Source of the DNA: an uncultured Gammaproteobacteria bacterium
GTDB lineage: Bacteria; Patescibacteriota; Microgenomatia; Daviesbacterales; UBA10151
DNA: 64,000 bases
NCBI GenBank assembly: GCA_964500725.1
Contig: CAZCNP010000001.1
Location: 138,950 to 202,949, forward strand
Direction of reading: 5' to 3'
Shown piece after piece: positions 1 through 9,315 of this stretch. The notes below the pieces were generated by a model. The model did not search any database, had not been told where the DNA came from, and was given only the letters and a program-made list of their open reading frames with translations. Position 1 is the stretch's first letter, and each line of letters begins with the position of its first letter. The position numbers were made by a program, and so were the translations under genes.

Positions 1-190
1 GACCGAAAAGTTTGGCATATTGGTTAACCAAATTTCCCAAAACTTCTTTTTTATTGCCAGTGATTTTGACATCATCTACCCCACCCACTTCCAGTCCTGC
101 CACTTTTTTGGCCTGATCTAAGGCAACCGGTCCAATGATCGACTGCTGTTCCTTTATTATCCGGCTGATCGCCAAAATATATGGATCCAT
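1..190 (-). CDS. hypothetical protein, 5' end only (gene continues beyond window start)
   Basis: Minus-strand ATG at 190 opens a frame (MDPYILAISRIIKEQQSIIGPVALDQAKKVAGLEVGG...) that runs off the window edge; no recognisable family. Confidence 0.4.
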   Translation of the reverse strand, partial: MDPYILAISRIIKEQQSIIGPVALDQAKKVAGLEVGGVDDVKITGNKKEVLGNLVNQYAKLFG

Positions 191-193
191 AAC

Positions 194-997
194 TTAATCA
201 GTATTCAGAAACTTTAAATTAACCAAAGCTAAGCTATAGATGGCAAAGGAAGTCGTATACATCAAATCAACTATCCCTGCATTATAATAAAACTCACGAC
301 TAACACTGTATAAAAAGGTGTAATCAGTAAGGAACTGAATAGTAAATGCTAAAATGAAAAAAAGAATTTTCGGACGCATTATCCCACCAAGTAATTTTCT
401 AGAAAGCAAGTAAGTCAGGATAGCCAAAGAGATATAAAATGCTTCACCAGTAGGATAGGCAAAGTCTAAAAATACCCTAATAGGATCCGCAAAATCGATT
501 TCATAATCTTTTAATAATAAGGCATACGCAACTACCAATAAAATTAGTGGAATCAGTACTGCCTGAATCTTCCCACCCATTTTACTTAGCGATAACTTAA
601 TACCTGAAGCTTTAGCAAAAGACCACATTGCCAAAATATTAAATGGTATAACTGAAATATAGCCTATATCTGCAATAGATGGATAAGGTACTTCAACTTT
701 AGCAATTAGGTTAAAATAAGCCCAGATGAATTGACCAAAAACTTGACCTAAAAGTGCTAAAGATAAATATATAATCCCTCTTCCCATCACAGAGGACCAT
801 CCACCATATATCCGAGAAATAATCAGGCCATTAGCACCACCAACGAGAGCAAGTATTGGATAAACTGCACCGAATAGATTATTTTCAAAACCCTCTTTTT
901 GGCCAGAAATAAGAATCTTAACCCACCAGGCGAGGAGAATAAGGTAGAAAATAACTATAAACCAGGTTAGTTTAGAATTAGAAAGATTTTTAATCAC
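194..997 (-). CDS. polytopic integral membrane protein, unknown function
   Basis: 267-aa ORF with about 7 strongly hydrophobic segments; no catalytic motif recognised. Confidence 0.55.
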   Translation of the reverse strand: MIKNLSNSKLTWFIVIFYLILLAWWVKILISGQKEGFENNLFGAVYPILALVGGANGLIISRIYGGWSSVMGRGIIYLSLALLGQVFGQFIWAYFNLIAKVEVPYPSIADIGYISVIPFNILAMWSFAKASGIKLSLSKMGGKIQAVLIPLILLVVAYALLLKDYEIDFADPIRVFLDFAYPTGEAFYISLAILTYLLSRKLLGGIMRPKILFFILAFTIQFLTDYTFLYSVSREFYYNAGIVDLMYTTSFAIYSLALVNLKFLNTD

Positions 998-1030
998 TAA
1001 TTTGATTATGGAATTAAAAACAATAAAAAG

Positions 1031-1861
1031 TCAAGTAATCTGAACGCTTGTGGAAAATTTTCCAAATCCTTCACCCATTCGATACTTTATCTCTAAAATA
1101 ATCTCTTCCCCCTTTCTAACTCTTTGAGGATGTAAAGGAACAATAACTGGCATATTCATATCAGGGGTGCTCCAAATACTAACATCGGAACTCAAATAAG
1201 TTTTTGATGTTAACCTTATAGCATTAAGTAAACCATCTTGTTCAACTTTAATCACAATTTTTTCCAAAACATCCACCTCTATAAACTTATTAAAATCAAC
1301 CTGTTTAAAAACTACTACTGATGAAAGTTTTTGAACTACCTTTTGATTAGTTTCAAAGTTTCGAGCCTGTATTACAAAAGGCATTTGAAAACCATAAAAA
1401 TTAAAGTCATACTCAATCAGTTCTACTGCGCAATCTAGACGATAAGGAATTAATCTTGTTGCAGAATCTATTATTTTCTTCTCTCTTAAACTATTTAAAG
1501 CATGCGCTTGTTGCTCTGCGATTAAACAAGTATCTAAAAGCTCCGCTGTCACAACATCAATCCCATGCGGAAAATTAAAGTGTTTTATATCTGCAGAAAT
1601 GACCTCTATTTTGTCAGTTAGACCATTTGATTTAATATTCAACCTTGCAAACTCAGCCACATCCTTAGCAATTTCTACGGCAAATACCTTTTTAGCTCCA
1701 GCCTTAGCTGAAAGCAGAGCAAGTATTCCTGAACCTGTCCCGATATCCATAACAATATCGTCTCTTCTAACAACTTCTTTGATCGCTTTTTCAAAAACTT
1801 TCACTCTCTGCTTATCAAGTAAGCATTCCCCTATAACTTGTAAGTTACTAAAAATATCCAT
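1031..1861 (-). CDS. class I SAM-dependent methyltransferase, PRMT-like (protein arginine methyltransferase fold)
   Basis: Motif I VMDIGTGSGILALLSAKAGA; post-I AVEIA; an E-x8-E double-E loop (TAELLDTCLIAEQ) spaced as in PRMT1 (SEWMGYCLFYE); C-terminal beta-rich region as in the PRMT barrel. Confidence 0.6.
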   Translation of the reverse strand: MDIFSNLQVIGECLLDKQRVKVFEKAIKEVVRRDDIVMDIGTGSGILALLSAKAGAKKVFAVEIAKDVAEFARLNIKSNGLTDKIEVISADIKHFNFPHGIDVVTAELLDTCLIAEQQAHALNSLREKKIIDSATRLIPYRLDCAVELIEYDFNFYGFQMPFVIQARNFETNQKVVQKLSSVVVFKQVDFNKFIEVDVLEKIVIKVEQDGLLNAIRLTSKTYLSSDVSIWSTPDMNMPVIVPLHPQRVRKGEEIILEIKYRMGEGFGKFSTSVQIT

Positions 1862-1869
1862 GTTTTTAT

Positions 1870-2730
1870 TTAATTATTTAATGCCAGTAATACAATTCCT
1901 AACAAGGCTACCACTATACCTATAATCTGCTGCTTAGTAACAGGATCCCTAAAAAGTATAAAACTAAGCAATACAAATAATACAGGATAAGACCCTGCTA
2001 TAGGAGCAACCAAAGCTACCTGACCTTTGCTAATGGCAAAATTATAGCCAAACTCTGCGCTACCGGTTAGAATCAAAGAAGCAAGTAGTGGTTTAAGACT
2101 TACTTTTAATTGTGGTTTTTTTATCTTTATTTTGGCAATTTTTAAAAAGAATAGTAGTAAGGGGAAAGATAAATAGGTAATATATGTCGGCCAAAACCAA
2201 CCTAATTTTGAGACTGGAATTTTAATAAATGCAAAGTAAATACCCCACGACAACATAGCAATTAAAGCAAAAATAATTCCTGTGCTTAATATTATTCTCG
2301 CTTTCTTTAGTTTCTCAAACTCAAAAGAAGATAAAACTACCCCAATAAATATTACGACTATGAATATAGCTTGCCAAATTGAAATTGTTTCACCAAGGAA
2401 TATTAATGAAAGAATCACAGTAACTGCTGCAAATGAAGATGCTATTGTTCCAATCAAAGGAGAGCTTTCTATCTTCAACGCTTGGTAAAATGCCACTAAA
2501 GCAATAATAAAAAAGATACTAATTACAGCTGTCAAGAAAAACAATATTGGAGTTATGGCTTTAAAATCACTCATTGCAAAAGGAATTAGTAAAGTAAAAA
2601 GAAAAGCTCCAGCTATAAGCGTCCATAAAGTTGTTGAAAAACCGCCTAGCTTTCTTGTAGCAATTGTTCCAAAAATATCACCTACCCCCCACCCAAAGAA
2701 AGATATCAAAGCAAAAAATATTGATTCCAT
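1870..2730 (-). CDS. EamA/DMT-superfamily transporter
   Basis: 286 aa with about 10 TM helices arranged as two 5-TM halves, typical of EamA. Confidence 0.7.
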   Translation of the reverse strand: MESIFFALISFFGWGVGDIFGTIATRKLGGFSTTLWTLIAGAFLFTLLIPFAMSDFKAITPILFFLTAVISIFFIIALVAFYQALKIESSPLIGTIASSFAAVTVILSLIFLGETISIWQAIFIVVIFIGVVLSSFEFEKLKKARIILSTGIIFALIAMLSWGIYFAFIKIPVSKLGWFWPTYITYLSFPLLLFFLKIAKIKIKKPQLKVSLKPLLASLILTGSAEFGYNFAISKGQVALVAPIAGSYPVLFVLLSFILFRDPVTKQQIIGIVVALLGIVLLALNN

Positions 2731-2809
2731 ACAATTGAATTAAATATACTCTAACATGAATTAAACTGAAAATTAACTTGTAATATTATAACTAAAATAG
2801 GAGAAAAAT

Positions 2810-3202
2810 TTATTCCCAACAAACTTGCTGAAAGCGCATTGAAGAAGGAGAAGCTTTAAAATACTCTAAAACTGCTTCCTTGGCCTTTTCCTGATCAAAA
2901 GATTTACAGGAAAAAATATCAACCTGGGCTTCCCCATTTTTGGTAAAAGTATGAGCAGAAATATGGGAATAATCAATAATTACAAATCCTGATAAACCTG
3001 GGTTTTCAGGAATACCACTTACCACCACTGGACCATGCAGTACATGCATATCAATTTTTTCAGTTATATCAACTAAAAAATTCTTTAGCCCCTCTCCATC
3101 ATTTAATATTTGATTATCAACTTTTTCTAAATCTAAAATAATATGAAATCTTCCTGTCTGCATATTCGCTTTGTAAGAATATATTATGGGGGTAACAAAC
3201 AT
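2810..3202 (-). CDS. speH: S-adenosylmethionine decarboxylase proenzyme (small SpeH/SpeD-type, pyruvoyl enzyme)
   Basis: 130 aa; segment GFVIIDYSHISAHTFTKNGEAQVDIFSCKSF matches the self-cleavage and active-site region (ESHISIHTWPE...VDIFTCG) of archaeal/bacterial AdoMetDC. Confidence 0.6.
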   Translation of the reverse strand: MFVTPIIYSYKANMQTGRFHIILDLEKVDNQILNDGEGLKNFLVDITEKIDMHVLHGPVVVSGIPENPGLSGFVIIDYSHISAHTFTKNGEAQVDIFSCKSFDQEKAKEAVLEYFKASPSSMRFQQVCWE

Positions 3203-3217
3203 AGTTTGTCAAATTTT

Positions 3218-3290
3218 CCCCACAACAAAGTACTCTAATTTGCAGAGATGTGCTATAATTCAGTTATTATATTTTATTCTATAGGATAAC
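3218..3290 (+). promoter_or_regulatory. sigma70-type promoter with extended -10 (TGcTATAAT at 3251-3259); copy 1 of a duplicated promoter/5' segment
   Basis: gTGcTATAAT with a weak -35 (TACTCT); the same 150+ bp recurs at 9636-9840. Confidence 0.45.
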
Positions 3291-3292
3291 CT

Positions 3293-3613
3293 ATGAGTAC
3301 TAAAGAAGGTTTGGACGGATCCGTTTCAAACCAAGAAAAAAACAGCGCTCCTTCCACAGAGACACCGTTATATATTAACGGTACCTCAATATTGGCTTTC
3401 AGTCAAGGGGTTAATTTTAGAGAATTCCCTACCTCTGTAAAAGAGATTTTCTCAGGTGTCAGACAACCTCAGGATAAATGGTATCGCACAGCAGTTCTTG
3501 CTGCTTCCGCAGCAGTTGGCTTTGGATTGTCTATCGCATTTGTTTCCTTACTTGATCCTCAAACACCATCACTAATAAAAACAGTCATAGATTCAGTAGG
3601 GAGAATACCATAA
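3293..3613 (+). CDS. hypothetical membrane-associated protein (first gene of surface-protein operon)
   Basis: 106 aa with a C-terminal hydrophobic helix; its stop overlaps the next start (ATAATGG); its 5' 100 nt are duplicated at 9742. Confidence 0.55.
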   Translation: MSTKEGLDGSVSNQEKNSAPSTETPLYINGTSILAFSQGVNFREFPTSVKEIFSGVRQPQDKWYRTAVLAASAAVGFGLSIAFVSLLDPQTPSLIKTVIDSVGRIP

Positions 3614-4431
3614 TGGCTAACCCGGAAAGAAGACATGCAGGACTGCGTGTGGCTTTGGTTACTGCTTTAGGATTCTCAGGCGCAACCGGTGCAGTGCTTG
3701 CAGGGAAGGCATTTCTTGAAGGAGTTTCCAGACAACCGGTAGTCGCCAGTGAAAATCAAGAAGGAGGCATTATGCCTTCTTTAAAAACCTTTAACGAGCT
3801 AGTCGCTCAAACTCCTTTCCCGGCTATACCAACAATTACAGAAACTCCAACAGCTACTTCTACCAGCACTGCTACAAGTACAACTGAACCTACTGCTTCA
3901 AATACACCAACAGGAACAGCAACTAAACCAGCAAGTACTGCAACAGGCACTGCAACAGCAACAGAAGTTCCAACCCAAGAACCTACCAAAATACCAGCCA
4001 CAGCTATTATTAAACCCACAGAGGTTCCTACTGCTGAAACAGCTCCTACTCCTGATACTACTCCAGCACCTACAGCTCTAGCTCCTAAAATTGAGCCACC
4101 TGCTCCCCCAACCCAGCCTCCTCCTCCCCCAGAAAATGTCGATCCAAAGAAACGATTGCTGGATGCTACAAAGGCAGACTTAGTAGGAAGACTGGGAGTA
4201 AGCCCAAATAATATTGCCCCTATACTATATGACAATGCACTTATCTGGCAGAAAGATGGTACTATACTTTGTCCATATCCAATAGGCCCCAAGGACGGTA
4301 CTGGCTCCACCCGTTCTGATGGCAAAATGATCGCATTTTATTTAAAAGATAGTCCTAAAATAATACACATTTATTTCAGCGATCCTAACACAGGTAATTT
4401 TTCCTATTGTGGTACAGGCACCCGATCTTAA
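3613..4431 (+). CDS. hypothetical Thr/Pro-rich surface protein
   Basis: 272 aa; N-terminal hydrophobic segment, long (T/A/P)-rich low-complexity linker, Cys-containing C-terminal domain. Confidence 0.55.
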   Translation: MANPERRHAGLRVALVTALGFSGATGAVLAGKAFLEGVSRQPVVASENQEGGIMPSLKTFNELVAQTPFPAIPTITETPTATSTSTATSTTEPTASNTPTGTATKPASTATGTATATEVPTQEPTKIPATAIIKPTEVPTAETAPTPDTTPAPTALAPKIEPPAPPTQPPPPPENVDPKKRLLDATKADLVGRLGVSPNNIAPILYDNALIWQKDGTILCPYPIGPKDGTGSTRSDGKMIAFYLKDSPKIIHIYFSDPNTGNFSYCGTGTRS

Positions 4432-4494
4432 TAGCATCCGTTAAATTCTATCCTCTAATTGACCTTTGCATTCCTCATTTGTTACTCTTAAGCT

Positions 4495-4992
4495 ATGGAT
4501 AATCTAAATACTAAAGACAACTTATTATCTATTTCTCTTAAGAAGAAAAGAATATACATTATTTTTATAGTTTCCATTATTGTTTTATTATCAGCAATAA
4601 TTTTATTCATAAAATATCCCGCTTTTAAATCACTCTCTTCCAACCAAAGTCTGTATGGTGCAACTTTTGTCCCTCAAAAATACGACCAAAGCCCCACTTA
4701 TCCAACAGCAGTTTATCAAAAGGGTAAAGATTTTTTAGCTTACGGAACAATAAAAAACCTCGACAAAAAACTTTCTTGGGTTGAGCTGCAAGGCGCCAAT
4801 AATACTAGCTTTAAAACTCAATTAACTTGCAAAGGAAAGATTGTAGAGATGAGTATCCAGAACAATCAAAGGAGAATCGTCTCGTTAAAGGAGGGTTTAT
4901 CTGAAATGAACCTCGGAGACAAGTTCTTTGGAGTCTGTAGCAATCAAACTTGTCAGGAATTAAAAACTTGCACCCTTATCAAACGGTTTTAA
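4495..4992 (+). CDS. hypothetical membrane-anchored protein
   Basis: 165 aa with an N-terminal TM anchor and a small Cys-containing ectodomain; same operon. Confidence 0.5.
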   Translation: MDNLNTKDNLLSISLKKKRIYIIFIVSIIVLLSAIILFIKYPAFKSLSSNQSLYGATFVPQKYDQSPTYPTAVYQKGKDFLAYGTIKNLDKKLSWVELQGANNTSFKTQLTCKGKIVEMSIQNNQRRIVSLKEGLSEMNLGDKFFGVCSNQTCQELKTCTLIKRF

Positions 4993-4998
4993 TTTAAT

Positions 4999-7900
4999 AT
5001 GAAAAAAGGACCTAAATTATTAGTTCAACTATTATTCCTTTGTTTATTTTTGATAATTTTCTCAATTCTTACAAACCAAGAAGCACAAGCCTTAATAGAT
5101 GGTTGCGGAGGCTCAGAAGTCTGTTCTAGAAATGGCACCACAGGCTATTGCCCTGCTGCTCCTAATGATAGTTACACTGGTCAAGCATGCGCTGAAGAAG
5201 GATGCTGTTATGATAATGCTGGGATATGTGGCTCAGATTGGAGATATTGCGATGGTACTTTAGGGACCAATAGTACTGATACAAGAAGATATTGGGGTTG
5301 CCCTGGATGTGAAGGTGGTGGAAGCCCAACAGGTTCTATTTCTGCCAGCCCAAATCCTTGTTATTTAACAGCTAATAATAGTATTTGCACTTCTAATATA
5401 TCCTGGAATACCAGCAATACTTCTACTGTCAGGGTTTGTGTAAAAAATAGCAGCGTCAATACTTATGACCCGTTTAGCAGTGAACTTATTGGATCTTCAG
5501 AACCTGCTACCTGGATTGCTCCTGATAAAACTTATACTTTTACTATATTTAACTCCGGCAGCTGCAGTGGTGATTACCTTGCTACAACTACAGTTAGAGC
5601 TAAAGTACCTGCCCCAACTACCTCTACATCTTCTTGTATCAATGCAGATGGTTCTAATATAACTATTAGCTGGATCGATACACTTCCTGCCATAAGTTAT
5701 ATAGATATTAGTGCTTCTAGTACCTTCTCCCCCTATTATCATAAAAGTGTCTCAGGCACCCCTACCGATACTTATGGATTTACCGGTTATAGCAGTACGA
5801 TAAATGGACAACTTTTAACATTAGAGCCCAGTACCACGTATCATGTCCGGTCCTGGAATAATCAAGTCCAAAGTGATTCTTCTTCATTTACCACCCCCGT
5901 TGCCTGCAGTTGCACTGTTTCCTGGCATGATGTCCCTTCAGTTGTCTCTGCCAATACTGATTTTTCTCTTCATTTCACTGAAGGAACCAGTAATGTGGGA
6001 TGGAATTTTGGCTCGCTCTACTTAGATGATGTGTATGTAAACAATACCGTTGGAGGAAAATGCCTTACTGGTGCTGATATTAATGGAAACTGTGTTCTTG
6101 GTGATATTTATTTTGGAGCTTGGGAAGGCCTTAATTCAGGAGCACCTGGTACTCATACTTTAACTTGGAAAGTACCTGATACACGTACAGGAGTAACTTT
6201 TGGAAGCACTCCTGCCACTACCTGTACTCCATCTGCAGATTTTACTACCTGTGCAGTAGCATTTGACTGTTCTACCTTAGCCTGTCATACTAATACTACT
6301 TCTGCAATCTATGCAAATGGTATTTGTGGCTTAAAATCCTGTGCTCCAAATGCTCCAGCAGCCACAAGCTGTGGAGATGCCACCTGTCAAACTACTACCC
6401 CAACTTATTATACTGGCTCTAGTTGTAGTACTACTGCATGTTCTAACTACAATGCTTTTCCAGAAGCTACAATACCTGCTTGTCGGACAAGTGGTGGTTC
6501 TGGATATGATGGGAGTTCTTGTACCGAAACTACATACACAGCCAACTGTACTGATACTGATGCCTGTACTACTGATTCCTGTAGTGCTGCTGGGGTATGT
6601 ACTCATACTAATAATCCTGTTAATGGCGCCTGGTCTGATTGGAGCGGTGGCACTTGCGTATCCTGTGGAACTGGAACCTTAACTGGAGAAGTTAGAACGT
6701 GCACTAATCTTACTCCTTCTTGTGGTGGGACTGAATGTACTAGAAATGATGGAACCCTAACTACTCCTGCTGATAGAACAGAACAAAGATCAGGAGTAAC
6801 AGCCTGCACTGGCTCAACTACCTGTGACAGTACTCATTACTGTTCCTCTGGTACTTGTACAGCTTGTCCTGCTCTACCAGCTGCTCCGACTGGACTCAGT
6901 CCAATCACAGGATCTGTTCTTAGAACTGCTGGAAATACTACTTTTTCCTGGGATGCAGTTACAGGAGCTGCTGGGTATTATTTTAGGATTGCTCCTGACA
7001 TAAGAGTCCCGGGAGGTACTTGTGGTACAGATGTCTATTGCTCTGACATGATTACTTCTAATTCTATCTCCCGCACTCTTACAACTGGAACTGATTATAC
7101 CTGGTGGGTTCATAATGCTATAGCTGCAAATGGTTCATGCGGTACTGCTGGACCATATACTCCTGCCACTCTTCATGTCTGTTCTGCCATGACTACCCCA
7201 ACTCTCTTATCTCCTGCAGGAAACATAGATGCTGGTACCCGGAATATTACCTGGAACCGGGTTGCAAATGCTACAGCATATTCTGTGAGAGTAGCTGACC
7301 GAACTGATGGAAGCTCTGGTGACATAGAGAACTGTGATACCTGTACTGTAGATTTAACCCCTGCTGCTCTAAGTTGTGCTAATACAGCTGATACAACTTG
7401 CTCATATTCGTATAACTTTCTCTCAGGACACAACTACGATATCTGGGTTCACTCAAAGGTAGATAACAATTCTGAATGTTGGAGCAACGTGAACTACCTT
7501 ATTGCTAAAGTCCGTCCAGCTGTTTCTGCAGGTCCGAGCTGTATTCCCGCTGGATATAACGGAGCAGGATATACTATTACCTGGGCAGGCAGCGCTCCTG
7601 CCGGTTCCTACGTTGATATCAGCACCAGAGAAGACTTTGCTACTTACTATCATAAGGATGTCTCCAGTACCACCAGCACTAACGGAACCGATTTTAACCT
7701 TTCCACAGGAGGAGGAACCTCATTGACCTACAGTGGCAACACTCCATATTATGTCAGGCTTTACTGGAACTACTCCACACCTTACCACAGCGGCACCGCT
7801 TCCTTTACTACTCCTAACTATTGTACCCCTACTGGTTCCTGCAGTGTTTCTCCCACTACAATTACTACATATGCAACAGATACTACCACCTACACTGCCA

Positions 7901-8160
7901 CCCCATCAGGAGGAAATGGAACATATACATACTCCTGGACTTTTAATGGTAATACCGACCCATGTACTGCAAGTTCTTGTACTAAAAACTTTTCAACTGC
8001 TGGGACAGTAAGCTCCAGCTTGACTATCTCATCAGCTGGCTTAACATCATCAACTATCTCTTGTCCTGATGTAACTGTTCAACAAGCAGTAGGACCCTGG
8101 ATACAGGCTGTTGGTGATGTTCATTCAAATACTGGCATCAATGCTCCTGGAGGCCCATAA
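4999..8160 (+). CDS. large secreted Cys/Thr/Ser-rich multi-domain surface protein, putative adhesin (hevein-like ChtBD1 + TSP1 repeat + Cys-rich repeats + FN3-like units)
   Basis: 1053 aa with a signal peptide. It has QACAEEGCCYDNAGICGSDWRYCDG (hevein-like CC..G.CG...YC), WSDWSGGTCVSCGTGTLTGEVRTC (thrombospondin type-1 WSxWS...CSxTCG), multiple C-x-x-D-x-C-T-T-D-S-C repeats, and repeated ~90-aa units with W..V.GA.GY.FR / TDYTWWV (FN3-like). Confidence 0.75.
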   Translation: MKKGPKLLVQLLFLCLFLIIFSILTNQEAQALIDGCGGSEVCSRNGTTGYCPAAPNDSYTGQACAEEGCCYDNAGICGSDWRYCDGTLGTNSTDTRRYWGCPGCEGGGSPTGSISASPNPCYLTANNSICTSNISWNTSNTSTVRVCVKNSSVNTYDPFSSELIGSSEPATWIAPDKTYTFTIFNSGSCSGDYLATTTVRAKVPAPTTSTSSCINADGSNITISWIDTLPAISYIDISASSTFSPYYHKSVSGTPTDTYGFTGYSSTINGQLLTLEPSTTYHVRSWNNQVQSDSSSFTTPVACSCTVSWHDVPSVVSANTDFSLHFTEGTSNVGWNFGSLYLDDVYVNNTVGGKCLTGADINGNCVLGDIYFGAWEGLNSGAPGTHTLTWKVPDTRTGVTFGSTPATTCTPSADFTTCAVAFDCSTLACHTNTTSAIYANGICGLKSCAPNAPAATSCGDATCQTTTPTYYTGSSCSTTACSNYNAFPEATIPACRTSGGSGYDGSSCTETTYTANCTDTDACTTDSCSAAGVCTHTNNPVNGAWSDWSGGTCVSCGTGTLTGEVRTCTNLTPSCGGTECTRNDGTLTTPADRTEQRSGVTACTGSTTCDSTHYCSSGTCTACPALPAAPTGLSPITGSVLRTAGNTTFSWDAVTGAAGYYFRIAPDIRVPGGTCGTDVYCSDMITSNSISRTLTTGTDYTWWVHNAIAANGSCGTAGPYTPATLHVCSAMTTPTLLSPAGNIDAGTRNITWNRVANATAYSVRVADRTDGSSGDIENCDTCTVDLTPAALSCANTADTTCSYSYNFLSGHNYDIWVHSKVDNNSECWSNVNYLIAKVRPAVSAGPSCIPAGYNGAGYTITWAGSAPAGSYVDISTREDFATYYHKDVSSTTSTNGTDFNLSTGGGTSLTYSGNTPYYVRLYWNYSTPYHSGTASFTTPNYCTPTGSCSVSPTTITTYATDTTTYTATPSGGNGTYTYSWTFNGNTDPCTASSCTKNFSTAGTVSSSLTISSAGLTSSTISCPDVTVQQAVGPWIQAVGDVHSNTGINAPGGP

Positions 8161-8172
8161 CGAAAATTCTGC

Positions 8173-8604
8173 CTACTTAAGTTTTGACTTTACAAAATAA
8201 GCTATTTTCTCTACTAACTTCTTTGCTTCTTCCGCACTCGATTTATTAATTGATTCAATAAACTCCGGGTATCTTGTTTCTATATAGTAAGGATTAAGCT
8301 CACTTACTAGATCAGACAATTTGTTGAATTCTTTATCAAATTCAGCACAGATTCTTACTAATTCTTTTAAATCATGTGTTTTCTTAAAATCCAGTTCTTT
8401 GGCTACAATAAGAGCTTTTAAGTATTTTTCCGCAGCTTGATGGAAATGAAAACATATTGGAGAATAAAATTCTATCCCTTCTTCCAAAGAAATTTTGGCA
8501 TATTTGAAATCCTCATCAGCTTTTTTGATCCATCCTTCTGCCAATTTTGGATCAACCATATAATACTCTACCTTCTGAAAGTATTGACTTGATAAATGGA
8601 TCAC
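8173..8604 (-). CDS. HEPN domain protein (toxin partner of the upstream nucleotidyltransferase)
   Basis: 143 aa, alpha-helical, with ETRYP and R-x(4-6)-H-like HEPN signature; overlaps the NTase gene by about 50 nt. Confidence 0.65.
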   Translation of the reverse strand: MIHLSSQYFQKVEYYMVDPKLAEGWIKKADEDFKYAKISLEEGIEFYSPICFHFHQAAEKYLKALIVAKELDFKKTHDLKELVRICAEFDKEFNKLSDLVSELNPYYIETRYPEFIESINKSSAEEAKKLVEKIAYFVKSKLK

Positions 8605-8872
8605 CTATTCTAACCCTTTCTGAGACTTCTTTAGGAGTGTAAACAATAAAATCTGCAGCTATATTTTTTTCTACTAATTTATAAATCTCAACTACCCTAT
8701 CATGAAAGTTCCTACGATCATCCTTAATTATTAAAAAATCCAGATCAGAATCATCAGTCATATTTCCAGTAACAGATGAGCCAAACAGAAAAATCTTCTG
8801 AGGTTTGTACTTCTTTATCAGCTGGTCTGTAATAGAATCAATTTGGGACTGTATCTGTGATTTAGTCATCAA
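8552..8872 (-). CDS. minimal nucleotidyltransferase (MNT) domain protein, antitoxin-type
   Basis: LFGSSVTG...DSDLDFLII, the pol-beta-type NTase GS...D.D motif. Confidence 0.7.
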   Translation of the reverse strand: MMTKSQIQSQIDSITDQLIKKYKPQKIFLFGSSVTGNMTDDSDLDFLIIKDDRRNFHDRVVEIYKLVEKNIAADFIVYTPKEVSERVRIGDPFIKSILSEGRVLYG

Positions 8873-8966
8873 ACGTATTATATCATTTTCATCAATACCA
8901 GCCCAACTTGTAAAACCAGTAGTTTTGATTTATGTTTAGCAAAGAGGAAGTCTGAAGCTCAAGAAA

Positions 8967-9302
8967 TTACCCCTTAAGCATCTGCTGAATCTGTTTTTTA
9001 AATGTAGGCAGGTCTTTTTTGATTATCTCCCATACTAACCCCAAATCTACTCCAAAATAACCATGAATCAGTTTATCTCTTAGACCTGAAATCTTCTGCC
9101 AAGGAATAGCTGGATATTTCTTTTTAAAATCACCTGGTAAATTCTTAACTGCTTCTCCTATTATCTCAAGTCTTCTGATAGCTGCATCCTGAATGGGAAC
9201 TTCTCTGATAAATTTATCCTTAGATATGTCATTCGTTTCTTTTTCAATCCATTCAATACTTTCTGAAATATGAATTAAGAAAATAGTGGAATCTTTCCGC
9301 AT
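8967..9302 (-). CDS. hepT: HepT-like (DUF86) HEPN toxin
   Basis: RDKLIHGYF gives the R-x4-H-x-Y HEPN/DUF86 motif; paired with the upstream MntA-like gene. Confidence 0.7.
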   Translation of the reverse strand: MRKDSTIFLIHISESIEWIEKETNDISKDKFIREVPIQDAAIRRLEIIGEAVKNLPGDFKKKYPAIPWQKISGLRDKLIHGYFGVDLGLVWEIIKKDLPTFKKQIQQMLKG

Positions 9303-9315
9303 GTATCTTGCTAAT

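Noticed and set aside
1599-1925. Antisense or embedded ORFs overlapping stronger genes on the opposite strand. These include 1599-1925, 2282-2488, 2555-2743, 3807-4325, 5465-8011 (several), 10204-10395, 10685-11594 (several), 12668-13245, 14164-14891, 16921-17127, 17876-18076, 20293-20601, 22144-22347, 23548-24303, 24425-25270, 25828-26088, 26699-27067, 28167-29245, 29985-30311, 31199-31420, 32358-33089, 34352-35764, 38180-38829, 39766-39963, 40069-41167, 42117-42998, 43707-43889, 44648-46567, 47097-48641, 49374-49592, 50605-50823, 51647-52499, 52629-53345, 54920-55200, 58882-59799, 60898-61746
   Set aside because: Each lies within or antiparallel to a longer ORF with clear family signatures or better coding character. 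Many are low-complexity translations of the reverse strand of Thr/Ser/Cys-rich genes.
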